Below are positions 12,001-27,000 of a DNA stretch of 64,000 nucleotides, one piece after another. Location of the stretch: assembly GCA_002633005.1 (NCBI GenBank), contig NMRA01000657.1:142715-206714 (forward strand), in the 5' to 3' direction. The position numbers were made by a program, and so were the translations under genes. This DNA is from Phoronis australis. Its lineage: Eukaryota > Animalia > Phoronida. The notes below the pieces were generated by a model. The model made no database searches. It saw only the letters and a list, made by a program, of their open reading frames with translations, and was not told the DNA's origin. Each line of letters begins with the position of its first letter. The first letter of the stretch is position 1.

Positions 12001-15000
12001 AAGGTTAGCGATCTGTTCTAAAACTGTTCACAAGGAAAACGACTATATACTTTTGGTTAAATTTTCTTAGAGTTCTGTCCTTGCAAATACTTGATGGTCG
12101 ACAGTGTGGTGTCCCTGTCTTAAGGCAACACTTGCCAGTTACTACATAAGCTTCAGTGTGCATTTCCGGGATCGTCCTGGACCGGCAGCCATGTTAGTGT
12201 TGTTTGCCTTGTGCCGAGTCTCGACAAAACAGTTGACGACATGTAGCATAAGCAAACGGACCGATATCGAGGAGCCAAAAAGATATAAGAACACCAACTG
12301 GGATATTGTGTCCGTCCACCTTAAAAGCTTTTCTCAGTATGGTCGTTCGAATGTATTGATTACTACTGAGATCAGCCGAATTAATAAGAAGTGAGTAAGG
12401 GAAGTTGTACCGACACTACTACCAAATGTTCAAGAACAATAAACTTGGAGATCCTGTCGGGAATAACTCCTGCGGAAGTTATGCCGCTTTGGTGTATACA
12501 CCGGTTGTTGGACGCTGTGCAGGTAACGGCAATACGGTTGGAGAACTATAATCGAAACCAGAATAGGCGAGTGTTTTTTGGGGCGACCGAGTCAACGGAT
12601 TCCAACATCGGGTGCTCATCAAAAATCAGTGTACAACGTTGATTTGTACGTGTAGATTGTGATTTAAGGTACAGCCCTCGAAATTTGGACAAATATGGCA
12701 AACTTCGGAACCTCATATATCAAACATGGCTGATTGGATATGAAACTTTCAGATATCATGCTTTACACATTATTCTCCAACACGCTTCCAGAAATTATTT
12801 TATAAGTTTCTTCTTTTGCATGAACGGCTATCAAAAATAGGACATTTATTATTTTTATGACGAAATTCCAAAGCTGCTACAGCAGCGGTCATTCTTAACA
12901 TAAGTGCGTCTTGATTCCGAAGTATGAATTTATCACTTCGCAATCTAATTTTAGAAAACCATGCTACTACACGCACTGTGACACACAGGGATTATCTTTT
13001 TGGTTCGATAGCAATAATCCTTTATTTTCACTTTAAAAACTGCCGGAAAGTTCGGGAACAAAATTTATACGCTTTCGCATAAAAATACGTATGATTTTTC
13101 TGACCTCAAACCAAATAGTGAAGTTTTCGCAAAATAGTGCTGAGGCGCAACACGCGCACAAATGGTCTGTGTGAAAAAATATATCTTGAAAACGGCTCTG
13201 TGAATACATTAAGTTCAGGTCGCCAGTATCGCCGACATACGTTAAACAAAAGTCAATTAATTTAGTGCCAAAGCTTCTGAGGAATAGTTTCGAGCGTGTC
13301 AGTCTCGATTATTTTACCGTGATCTATTGTAGAACAGACAGAGTTGTACAACATTGATGTTAAGGCGTTGCAATATCATCAAATCTGACACTGTGCTCGT
13401 TTGTGTTGTTATCGACATTTGCAAATGCGCCTAAGAGCTATCTACACTACTTCTAACCGGGCAAAACTTAACGCCGATGCTTCCTTGTACATCCATGGGA
13501 TAAAGGAATCGCGTTTTCCTGGTTCATACGAAAATATGCTTTATCGTGCCACAGACTGCCCCTTTCGAACCTCGTGATTCCGGGGCGGAGACAGTTTTGC
13601 ATGAAATCAATAAATCAAAAAGTACTTACTTGGCTTGCAATTGTACATCACGTTCAATAACTTCACATCCCGAAAACTGAATCCCTTCCTGTTCCCAATG
13701 AGATGCTGGTGTTTCGGATTTACCGTCTGAATCGTCCTTCTTCCATTAGTTGAAAAGGCCTGGAATAGAAACGTTCACAATATAGAAGTATTAGGTGGGG
13801 GAGGGAGGGGGTTGCCCTAGGGTACGGAAAATGCTGAAAATTTGGGCAAATTAGCCTTAGACGCAGTGGTGTACCTACAGTTGTATACCGAAACCAAGGT
13901 CCGGGTACTATGCACTTTGTATGGATTTCTTGAGCAAGCAAAATTGGACACCAAGACACATACTTCATGATTGCGGGAAATGAGCCCGTAGTTGCTTTTT
14001 TAAAAGAATAAGAAGAAAGGAAAGATTAATGCATTATCAACCACGGTGAATTCGCCACCTCCAGGGTGCCCAGCGGTAGTCAGATCCGTCCACAAGTCGT
14101 CGTCATCCGTTGTCATTCATAGGGAAACGCTACCCAAATTTCGCATAGATGACGCAATGTGCTAAAAGATACATTCGCAGATGCAGAAAAACAAATCTAC
14201 CTCTAGGAGGCGCCACATTAGTAGCGTTTGCGCGAAAATCAACGTCAGCCGAAGTGTTTTCCGCTGGGACATAGCTGTCAATTTTCGTAATAATCTTTAG
14301 AGCAGTTTGACATGGGGACACATAAAACGTAATCAAAAATAATGAAAATGGCGAGTAGTAGGCGAAGAATCAGTCAAACCTGTCCGAAAATTGGCCTACC
14401 GTGTTTTACAGCAAGTTAACTCTGTTAAACAGTATAAGCATAACAACGAACACCGTTGGTCTCGGGCGATTTTGTTAGGTAGCCTACGGCCAACAATCAG
14501 CGACGGCCTATAGTCATAGGGAATACCAACTGGTGCCGAAATAATTTAACAAAGCAATCTCAGTATGTTGCCAAATAGTTAAATGCTAGTAATGAGTTTA
14601 GTTCAAACGAAAGAATTTTCATTCAACCTGAAGCATAAGTTGGTACCGGAGCCCGACCGTCTGGCCGCGGACGACGACTGGTCGGCGGCGCAGGATGAAC
14701 CGGTGCCGATTTGCTGCCAAGTTAGACAGTACGGAATGCGCTGACGGTAATCACACAGCAGTTGCTGGTAATTTGCATCAGTTTCACAATATGGCGGTGA
14801 GGAAAATGCTTTTGCTGATCTAGAAAAACGGGTACTGTTGCTGAAATTTGACGTACGCTCGCTATGAGTAAAAACACCTCAATAATGTTGGCTGCTGGAG
14901 ATACGACGTATTCGCAAATTTAACTTATGATTACATTAAACGCCACTCGTTATATGCAAAAAACCACATAAAATGTGAACAGTAGATTATCCAAACGAAT

Positions 15001-18000
15001 TGACAACGCTGATACGCTCACGGCGTAACAGTATGTTTTCATGGACAACATAGTCGTCATTCAGGAATCGTTCCTTAACTGCTGCCTAGGAACTCAGTCA
15101 CGGTAATAGACAGGAATAGTCGTTGATTTTCTGATCTAGGCCGAGGTACAAAGTTGAGCTCAAAAAGGTTTTAAGTTTGACAACAAAAAAAGAGGTAAGC
15201 ATTATACCATGTACTTAATGTATTACTTAACTTGGAATATATTTTAAGTTTTTGAACTGGATTAGCAATTTGAAATAAGAACTTCAATAGAGTTTTTATG
15301 TACCGTCGCAGTATGATGATACGTGTAAGTGAATTTCGCAGTGTGTCAAACAACAGGATATTTCATTGACGATGCTGGGCGGGAGAGTCAAACCTTCAAA
15401 ACGCAACACTCTCGTCAAAAACGGAACAGTTCGCAATACGTACGTATGACGCGTCCATTTTTACCAAGTGTGTAAAAATGCATGTTTAAATGAGATCTGG
15501 TGACGCTTCGTACTTCGTGAAGTAAGCTCGATTTCCTAACGAACACATAAGCTATTAAATAGAATCGTGAATGATTTGTCATTTATCAGAAACTATACAA
15601 CTTAGAATGCTCAGTGTACTCGAGGATTAGTCATACCTCCACGTCCGTTGTCGCGACGTATATTGTTGCCTAGGCAACGAGTTATGCCGAATGCGACAAT
15701 ATGTGGCGTTAGCATTGACAAAATGTGTCGGCGATCACTGCACATTGTCGATGTCATATTCTCATTGTCGCTCTCGCCCCATGACATTATCTGCGCTTGT
15801 GCAGTCGTATGACCACTACTCTCCATGACTTGCCGTCTCACCAATGTCTGCACATGCACAGATAATATCTGCGAGGGTAAATTTGAGCCCAATGTGCTCC
15901 GTACGGTACATACACTCTTAGACTACCACCACTTGTGTCGGGCTAACAAAACAAGTCAACTTCGTAAACAAGCTCTAAATCTTACATATTGCCCATAATG
16001 CATCATGCTCGTGAAGTCGTAAGGAACGTTATAGGTGTTGATCACGTTGGAACTGTACTTCTGGAAGTTGTACAAGACAGAAGACGGTATGTTTTGGCGC
16101 AGTATGCGGACGTAGTTGTCGCGGTCTGGTCTTGTCTGTTCGTGGTGGAACCCTACCGCGTGACCAATCTCGTGCATAATGATCCCTTTCTGTAAAAAAA
16201 CAAATTGGAGCTTTGGATACTAAATTTAAGAATAATCGCACTGCTTAAGAAAGATATTCTGACCAGGAGGTGCAAGACGCCTCTTGCCAAAAAATGGAAC
16301 TTTTGATATTTCTTGTCACAGATTACTCACATGAAATAAGTTATTTCAAAATTCCAACAACGTAGGAAAACCGTCATCTAATGAAATATAACGAAGCAAT
16401 CGTTTTGGAATTGGCGCCCTTTGCAGGGGCGGATCCAGGATTTTGAGTTAGGGGGTGCCAGGGCAGAGTATTAGCCAGGATTTTGCCCGTCAGACATTCG
16501 CACACTAGTACTGCCAAATGGAATCTGGGAGAATTTTAGGGGGGCCATGGCCCCCTTGGCCCCCTCTAAATCCGTCACTGCTTTGAGAAGGTCGATTGCG
16601 CATTCTTGAATGAAGGCTGTTTGAAGTAAAGTCAGAACAGGTTTATTTACCCAGAAGTAAAAAAGGTAAACCCAGAAATTTTACTAAAGCAGTTAAATCC
16701 TAAAACAGAAATTAACCCATTTTAAAAAGAATTCCAATGACTGGTTTAACTAGAAGGGACTTTTCAGTAAATTTCGCAATTTTGGCAGCAATGCCCTTCT
16801 TTAGGCGGCTGTGACGGAAAAACTTATTTCTTCGCACTTCATAGGCAACGATGAAAATACAAAATATCACTTTTTTGAAATTTTTAAAAATAATTTGAAA
16901 TGTATAGAATCCTTTATGTGTATTAGCTGGTTCAAAGACGTAGCAACTTCAACTAAACATGGAGCATACTTTTTGACTAACAGCGGTGCATTTTTAAATG
17001 AACGAGATAGAGCACTGTCATATTTACCCTGCGACATCCGTACGCCAGACTGACAGGTTGTCCTCCTCCAATCATGCCAACATAAGATGAACAGCCGCCG
17101 CCATTTTGTAACCGGATATAGTTTCGTTGGTTGGTTCTTCTAACCAGTCGTAGGCACGTGTATCTGTTGTAATCATCTATTGCTGACCTGATCTGACTCA
17201 TCTGGGCACTATCTACAGAAAAATAATCAAAATGTGATCTTATGTCTGTTCCGCACTGGGTACATTTACATGTATCTACCTTGCAATCTTAAATTCAAGG
17301 TTATTTAAAGGGGCATTCTCAACGATTTAATTCTCGGTTGAATTCTTAGCCGAGGCCCGTTGGGTTTGAAAACATTACCACGCTCATCTGATCTCAAGTT
17401 GATACCGAATGGGTTGGCAGCTCAAATCACAGGCAATGCAAACAGGCACCAATTTCGAACACGCAAATTTTAGGGCGAACCCCGGCATTTTCATGCGTTG
17501 CTAATGGTTTCTCTTGATGTTCTAATTCTTAAGGGAATTGAAATTCTCTCACGGTACGTAAGATAATGGTACCTGGTTTATAAGAGCATACGCAATAATA
17601 GGGAAATTGCCAACCCCGATTAACTCCTAAACATGAGACCTATTTTACGAAAGTAAAAGGCCTTCAAATTAAAATTAATTTTGGCCAGGTGCAAATTCAG
17701 CTTCAACAAAATATTTAAATACTAAGGCCGATGTACAGTTAAATTACCAAAAGTACTAAAATAAGGAAAAAATCTAAATGCAATTATATGAATAAGTATG
17801 AAAGACCTGATAGACAAACTTGTGTATTTATCCAAAACTCTTAACTTGACACTCACCAATTCAGAACACAGGACGATTTAGACATCACTAAAATAATTAT
17901 AGATATTTCGTATCTTTCAACCCATGCTGTGTTCGCCTCATTTTAATATTCTTTTCTCTATGCTTTTAAGTGAACGAAAATAGAAACAACATCACAAGTT

Positions 18001-21000
18001 GCGGCAGTTGAATGAGTATCGAAAATTCAATTTTAGGTGATGATTCACCACAAAAATAGGAATGAAACTAAACAAATTGCATTAACTCCAGATAAGTTTA
18101 AAAATAAATGGAAAGTTGTGGTTGCGTTGAATGAGCATTTTTAGGCTTAGGGATCGACTGAACTTAATTGCGTTCAAATCAGTTTTCTGAAGTTTTAAGA
18201 AAATCTCGATTGTGAACACGAATGCAAAACTAAGTGTCCGAAATGCAAAAAACATTCAAAAAACCTTTAAAGTCATTAAAATACACTAATATTCTATCAA
18301 CCCTGAGAAATGAGCACGTTTAAAATTGTTATGAACAATCTATTTATTCCTCGCCCTGAGTGAATTCATTGACGGCTGTCATTCAGCGAAATTCTGCCTA
18401 CGTGTTTCAGTAGAACCATACTTCTTCCTATCTGAGGAGGTTTCTGTTGAACCCACCTATTACAAGTTTTTACATTCACCTTTATAAAACGTTTAGACTT
18501 TGCTCAGGGCTACACACAGTGATGTGATTTCACGAAATAAATCCTGTCCCCTGATCTATTACACATAAACCGGGTGTTACGCGGCATGCATTTTGATAAA
18601 TACAAGGAATTTAAGTGTAAAAAGTTTTAATTTTGGTCATTTAAAGATGCATAGTCTCATTAAAACCGCGAATATTTAAATTTGTAGCTATACAACTATA
18701 ATCAGGAAAAGAAACAATTTGAAAATAAATTGCGGTTTTAAAGAAAACACGAGAACTGATACACTTAAAAATAAGTCTGATTATATAAACAATCCTAGTT
18801 AGGACCCGGGGTTGATTGTAAATTAGTACTCCATTAGCATATTCACGATTTAATTAGACCACGCATCTTTAAACTTTTCGTGCAGCTCTCATTGTTGGTG
18901 TCCATGTGATTGGCGCAGTGTGACATTATTCCGATTTATGTCTTACAGAAATTCGAATTATGTCTGGCATAAATCAGAAATATGTCAGACAAAAATTATA
19001 CTTATTTGCGATACAAATTAATTGATGATATGCTTAATTATTGCATAATATCATATATAATTCATTAATGTCAACCATAGCTCTAAGTATATCAGACATA
19101 TATAATATCCACTGTTATTCTATTTAAAACTGACATAAATCATGACACGAGTCGGCCAATGCGAATCGTCGATAGATTCATTGATTCGTCTAAAATGATG
19201 CTTCCATCGATGAAAAACATTGTCATTAATCTCGCTTGAAATTTTGCTGAGAACAGCATGGTCCATAGGAAGCGTCATGCTTTTGTAGTAAGTGTGGGAA
19301 ATGTATCGACGATTGGCTGACTCTTAGACTTAAATACGATTTGTGTCAGATATAAATGGTGGATATTGATCGTATTTATATATGATAAAAAGAACTATGG
19401 TCGACATTGATTAATTATGTATGACATTATTCGACAATTGTGTCACACATAAAAATGTCTAATATAAAATAATTTAAGTCTGAAGTGAATCTCTAATTTA
19501 TGTTACACATAATTCACATTTATGTAAGACATACAGGAGAAAAAATTTGATTCACAAACTGTACACAGCCAGTATTTAACAAACACACGTCAGATCAAAT
19601 ATCAGACAAGACGCTTTAGCGATTAAGTCTGTTGTTACAGGCACGACGACTGACGAGTACAGCGCACATACATAATCGAAACCAGCAGTTAAGGAATTGC
19701 GTAACTGTCGCTTCGCTCCTTGACATAAACCGGGAACAGGCAGTTCTTAGTTCCTTTCCCAGGGTAGTGGGCCTGAAACACCACACCACCTGTGTGTTGT
19801 ATAAGATGTCAACTAAGTACTTTTCATATTGAAGTGGACAAACAAGATAGACCCTTGAAAAACAACGTGGCCCGTTGCAAGTCACACACAGCATAGGTCA
19901 AGAATTCTTAAACAACCGATCGCAAACGAGTAGGCGACTGCCCATCAACCTGTTGGAAAACAGTAGACTTGCGTACTAATTTTTAGCAGACAGCATAGCC
20001 GATGACACAAACGACACTTACTAAATGTCCCAGGTTGAAGTGCGTATGGTACAACATTGTTTGTCCACCTCTTACTCAATTGTCGAATGGCGTTTCTCCT
20101 TTGGCGATCATGTGCACTTAGCGTGTCGCGGCGACGTCTGCGGGCTTCTTCAAGTTCATCTTCTTCGCCTTCGAATGCAATTCGCCTTCAGTGGAAAAAT
20201 AAAATATGAAATCAGTGTGCTGTGATGTGATGCCCCTCAAATTATGATTTCTGGTCGTTATAGGCTCTTTTTGCAGTGCTAGATGGGATTCCTTCAGCAA
20301 AATGACAGTGTTTCGACACACATTTTACAAATTTCCAATGAATACAACTGCAAATTTGTTTAGCCTGGGTGATTTTCCAAGATATTTAACAACCAGGTAA
20401 TGGGTTGCGTTTATAGCTGTGTTTTGCCCTGTTTAGCTGCAAAATCAAATATATTTAGGCTTTTTATATACTCTATACTTTATATACAATTCGAGTTTCA
20501 TTTTAGCCAATGACACGCTGGGAAATTGGGCATCAAACAACACTTTTAGATGGTTTATCAATCAAATACGTTTTGTAACCCTGAATGTTGTTCACACAGT
20601 GATTCTTTAGCCCTAGCATTTGGACAAAACAGAATTCTGACTGGACAGTTAAGTCAAATACAAGTTGCTCTGTTGGTTTGGCTGTCATATACTTTTGGTT
20701 TCCCTCATCTGAGAACTGAAACAAGACAAATCCTTTATTCCTCTTAGGTTCGACAACAGGTGGCTTCAACGTCACCAAAGCAAGTTGATGAATTAATTTC
20801 TTTCTGAAAAAGTTAAAATAAGTAGTCTGCTGTTAACAAATGTATGATTTTTTATTCTGAATCTTGATTGGCGTACTGAACCAAAATTTACCGAACTGAA
20901 GACCTGTGTAACGAACAGACCAAACAGAAATATTTTTACTTTCTCATCCCTAGCATTTACGTACGACTTTTCAGTAATCCCCGTGCAGTCTAGCAACAGG

Positions 21001-24000
21001 GCACACGACATTTAAAGAGGATTAAACCCTGTGTCATACGTCAAAAATTTGATTAATAATAGTTGCTGGCGGTCTGGTACACGTTGTACCGGACGTGCAC
21101 AGGCCTTTCATCTGGGTCAATTACACGGATCACCTGGAACCATTTTTGCGCTTTATTCATATATACTAAAACTGAGCCGAAGAGCTGGAAAAATGACTCA
21201 AGGGTTTAGCAGCGTGGACTCAAAGCCACGGCCGCGAGTATAGAGAGCCGGCATCTATCACACCAGGCCACACAACCTCCTCTAAAATTTTGAGTTAGGT
21301 CACTAATTTTTTCGGAGCAAGCTCATAAAATTTCAGGGTTTGCAACAGAACTTGTTTAGTTTAATAAAAAGTACGAATTTAATGACTCTTCAACGCTAGT
21401 TTGTAATTTCTTTTAATGGGTCAGAGGCCCACGTGCTAATGCTGTATACCCGTTTTGGTGATATCACTGAACATCACTTTTGTTGTTTGCTTTTGCACAA
21501 TTAGTCCATCAGGGAAACGAGCATTATTTAGCAAAGACGTTGCAGCACGTTGTAGCAAAGATGACAATATATTTTTTCAATAGCTTAATTTATCTTATGG
21601 TTGTCCATATCTAAAATATGATTTAGACTCACTTTTACGGACTCTAATTTGCCTAGTTTGTTGACTATAATGCACGGGGAAACTAAAAAAACAAAGCCAT
21701 TTTTTTCTCAGGTTTAGTCTAATTAGGTCTTGATGGCCATTTTTATCCATTCTCGTGTCCATTTGAGTTCATAACCCGCAGCAGCCCTAAAAACAAATTA
21801 GGTACTTCTAGTCGCCAGACTATCTCAGCAGCAAATATTCCTTGGGAACACCGTAACACCCTAACTGGCGGCAAGCTGATCTCGTGACAGATGATCAAAA
21901 AGAAGACCCAGGCCCATGGTTGTCAGAAAAGTACAAAAAGTCCTCTAGTCGTAAGAACTTTTTAGTTTTGCATATAGCTACAGACAGAGTAAATGGTTTT
22001 TGACACATGAAATTTCAAGACAATTTTGAAATGTAAAATAATTACTTACTCTTGACTTATTGCTTCCCAATCTTCAGGTTTGAACAACATGTCATACTCA
22101 AGCAATACCACATTATTGTCTTGAAGCATATCGCTCATCCGACCTGAAATTAAAAGACGACGAAATCCACAAAACGTCACAACTAGCATTCGTTTATCCA
22201 CGATTGACAGTGTACCCGCGATCAAAATCACAGCCGACTGATAACATTGTTCACTGTGAATATTGTTCATTGTGACATGTTCAGGTAAGGCTTAATGCGT
22301 GTCCTGTAACTGTAGGTTTGTACTACATTCCGATTAGTTATTAGCCACATACGATTCTGTATCGACCCTTTAATGCGACTATAAAGTACAAAGTAGGTCT
22401 TTCAGCACCCTACGTCCTGGCCGTCAGGATTAACGTGCCGGCTCTGTTGCAATGCACTGAGAATCGAAGATCTGCCAAGGATTATTACATGCTAACAAAG
22501 ATATTATTGTTACACCAGTATCTTTGATGTTAAGTTGCCAAAGTTTCTACTATTGCAGTTTCTGCTGTCGGGGGTCTTGGCTGCAATCATAATTCACAAC
22601 CTTAGTGAAACTAAGTTTTTATTAAAAACATCAACAGCGAAATAAATGTCATAATTTTAACATTATATTGTGACACAAGAGTATGCCTATTGATAATTTT
22701 TGAGTTTGCGCCCGTTTCATGTTTTTGACTTGCGGTCATCAAAAACATAATGCACTCTTCGTTTAATCAATATCCCAAATGTTTGTTTGGTAATTAAAGT
22801 TACTTGCTACTTGACTGTTTTNAGCATTACCTGGCTCTTCCATGACTGGTCCTGTTCAGTCAGAAATTCACCGACTCTGGGTAGTACGAGTGCGTACTCT
22901 GGCACAGGCCTTGCTTTGTCAGGTAGTTTACTGTATCTCAAATGTTCAGTGGTGTCTTTGACATAACTCACTAAAGCACAAAGCTTTTGTGATCGGATTT
23001 TTTTGCAGAATAAACTCTAAAGGATCATGAAGGCCCATCGACATCGTCCGCCATTTTGTCATTTTAAAATGCACTTGCTTCTCTCAATACCAGTAATTAC
23101 AACTATCAATTCATTCTCGTTTAATCTTAAAGGCATTCATTTCCATTTAAAATTTCTACAGAGTGTTTAAATTAACCTGATAATGTAAAAGAAATGAAAG
23201 AATACAAGAGAGTTACACGTACATTTTTTATATATCCTCAAGCTTAACCTCAACTGACTCCCTCAGTGGGCAAATGTCATCGGGTTCATATTTCATACTA
23301 GCCGCGTAATAAACCCGGAAAACATCTTGTTTTCATTTGAAAGAGTTTAGACTTGGTTTCTATAACTATTTAAAACAAACATCTTGCCTAAAAGTTTGTT
23401 CAAATGGTCTGTAAAGTCTGCTCGTCGTTTCCAAACTATGAAAATAGACAGTTTTGCAAGACAATTTTGACTAAGGTGCAAAGTTGAGGCAAGATTTTTT
23501 ATTGCTCAGTCATCAAGACTAACTCTTTAACTGTACGTTCAAAACGTCACATAAGGCTACAAGGTGTTTTATGGCAGTAAGAACGTCACAAAAATGGCCA
23601 CTAAAATTAGCCCCAAAATGTGGTCTGTGGATTATCTCCCCTGTCTAACACAAAACTGTCAGATTTTAATAAATGGCACAGAATTATGTACAGTATACGT
23701 TGGTTATTTCAGCCACTAAAATATAGCTTTCGATCTATTTTGTATGTTACTCATTTTTGTTGCTGAAAACATGCGATTTTTGAGACGGCTAATTTGCCCA
23801 ATTGTGCCAATTTATGTTATCATGCTCCAGCGGCGAATTTAGGGGTCATTGAGTGCACAAAATTTGACATTTGAGTTTTTGTTAGGATACCTACCCATGT
23901 AGAAAAAATGAAGTTGTTTTAAATTTTGACGTATAGACTGATTTTTGAAAATCTACTGGTTTTTATATGGACTGTCTCTTAATTTCTTTCTGAAAAAGTT

Positions 24001-27000
24001 AAAATAAGTAGTCTGCTGTTAACAAATGTATGATTTTTTATTCTGAATCTTGATTGGCGTACTGAACCAAAATTTACCGAACTGAAGACCTGTGTAACGA
24101 ACAGACCAAACAGAAATATTTTTACTTTCTCATCCCTAGCATTTACGTACGACTTTTCAGTAATCCCCGTGCAGTCTAGCAACAGGGCACACGACATTTA
24201 AAGAGGATTAAACCCTGTGTCATACGTCAAAAATTTGATTAATAATAGTTGCTGGCGGTCTGGTACACGTTGTACCGGACGTGCACAGGCCTTTCATCTG
24301 GGTCAATTACACGGATCACCTGGAACCATTTTTGCGCTTTATTCATATATACTAAAACTGAGCCGAAGAGCTGGAAAAATGACTCAAGGGTTTAGCAGCG
24401 TGGACTCAAAGCCACGGCTGCGAGTATAGAGAGCCGGCATCTATCACACCAGGCCACACGACCTCCTCTAAAATTTTGAGTTAGGTCACTAATTTTTTCG
24501 AAGCAAGCTCATAAAATTTCAGGGTTTGCAACAGAACTTGTTTAGTTTAATAAAAAGTACGAATTTAATGACTCTTCAACGCTAGTTTGTAATTTCTTTT
24601 AATGGGTCAGAGGCCCACGTGCTAATGCTGTATACCCGTTTTGGTGATATCACTGAACATCACTTTTGTTGTTTGCTTTTGCACAATTAGTCCATCAGGG
24701 AAACGAGCATTATTTAGCAAAGACGTTGCAGCACGTTGTAGCAAAGATGACAATATATTTTTTCAATAGCTTAATTTATCTTATGGTTGTCCATATCTAA
24801 AATATGATTTAGACTCACTTTTACGGACTCTAATTTGCCTAGTTTGTTGACTATAATGCACGGGGAAACTAAAAAAACAAAGCCATTTTTTTCTCAGGTT
24901 TAGTCTAATTAGGTCTTGATGGCCATTTTTATCCATTCTCGTGTCCATTTGAGTTCATAACCCGCAGCAGCCCTAAAAACAAATTAGGTACTTCTAGTCG
25001 CCAGACTATCTCAGCAGCAAATATTCCTTGGGAACACCGTAACACCCTAACTGGCGGCAAGCTGATCTCGTGACAGATGATCAAAAAGAAGACCCAGGCC
25101 CATGGTTGTCAGAAAAGTACAAAAAGTCCTCTAGTCGTAAGAACTTTTTAGTTTTGCATATAGCTACAGACAGAGTAAATGGTTTTTGACACATGAAATT
25201 TCAAGACAATTTTGAAATGTAAAATAATTACTTACTCTTGACTTATTGCTTCCCAATCTTCAGGTTTGAACAACATGTCATACTCAAGCAATACCACATT
25301 ATTGTCTTGAAGCATATCACTCATCCGACCTGAAATTAAAAGACGACGAAATCCACAAAACGTCACAACTAGCATTAGTTTATCCACGATTGACAGTGTA
25401 CCCGCGATCAAAATCACAGCCGACTGATAACATTGTTCACTGTGAATATTGTTCATTGTGACATGTTCAGGTAAGGCTTAATGCGTGTCCTCTAACTGTA
25501 GGTTTGTACTACATTCCGATTAGTTATTAGCCACATACGATTCTGTATCGACCCTTTAATGCGACTATAAAGTACAAAGTACAAAGAGGGTCTTTCAGCA
25601 CCCTACGTCCTGGCCGTCAGGATTAACGTGCCGGCTCTGTTGCAATGTACTGAGAATCGAAGATCTGCCAAGGATTATTACATGCTAACAAAGATATTAT
25701 TGTTACACCAGTATCTTTGATGTTAAGTTGCCAAAGTTTCTACTATTGCAGTTTCTGCTGTCGGGGGTCTTGGCTGCAATCATAATTCACAACCTTAGTG
25801 AAACTAAGTTTTTATTAAAAACATCAACAGCGAAATAAATGTCATAATTTTAACATTATATTGTGCCACAAGAGTATGCCTATTGATAATTTTTGAGTTT
25901 GCGCCATTTTCATGTTTTTGACTTGCGGTCATCAAAAACATAATGCACTCTTCGTTTAATCAATATCCCAAATGTTTGTTTGGTAATTAAAGTTACTTGC
26001 TACTTGACTGTTTTGGTAAGTTTAGACGTAAAAGTCTTGGTCAACACAGTTTTTTAGAAAAAGCTCACTACAAGGGGAGTATTTATAAAATAAGATGTAA
26101 AAGACTTGCTCTACGCATTTATGTAAAAAAATCACTATACACTGTATGTGAGGGGAATGATGGTGAACGGTCGTGGGGGAGGACTTAAAAAAGAAAAAAA
26201 CGGGGTACCACTATCAGGTCGGCGGACTTTTTTACCCACTTCGCCAAATGAGGGGCTCGTTTGGTGCTCACGTTTTCTCGCAAAGAGTTTGGTCCTCACG
26301 GAAACGCTTGCATGGCATTTAAGTTGCTTAACAGACGAGCACACATTGCACGGCATGTAAATTCACCAAGCCAAGCAATCCTGACCTCTCACAGTTTCTT
26401 TGGAATTCCAGATTTTAGTTTTTTTTTCGAAGGCACATTTCTTCCTCGGAAAAAAACGCTTGTTCTTGCAAATTTTCATTTTGGAGAAAACGCATCGGAA
26501 ATCACATTCCGTTGAATTCGGCCACATTGGTCATGAACATCACATTAAATCTTGTTTTCTTGAAAAGTGTGGCACAAAGGAAACATTCATCATTTCTAGA
26601 AGTGGAAAATGCATATCATCTGGTGCAGACTGGCGTGACCGTACAAAAACGGACCCCTGGTGAATAACGTATAACTTACTTGTTTCCATAGACTGCAAGA
26701 TCATCTGGTCTATTGTCTGTCCATGGCACCCTATCCATGCCTGAAGAATTAAAATGGTACATGTATATTTATAATTAAAGGTTTTGTTAATTTAACAACT
26801 GTTAATTTTCAATTACAATTATGCGTACGAAGTTTCTCAAAACACAACTTCGAGAAATGTGCTGACACCAAAATTATCATTTCAGTGTTGGGCACTTTCC
26901 GTAGTAAACTTAAATTTTGCTGTAAAAATCAAATCAAGAATGACACTCACCTCAAATAATACGATACAAATGGACGTAATTGTCCAAACGGCTGCGGAAG

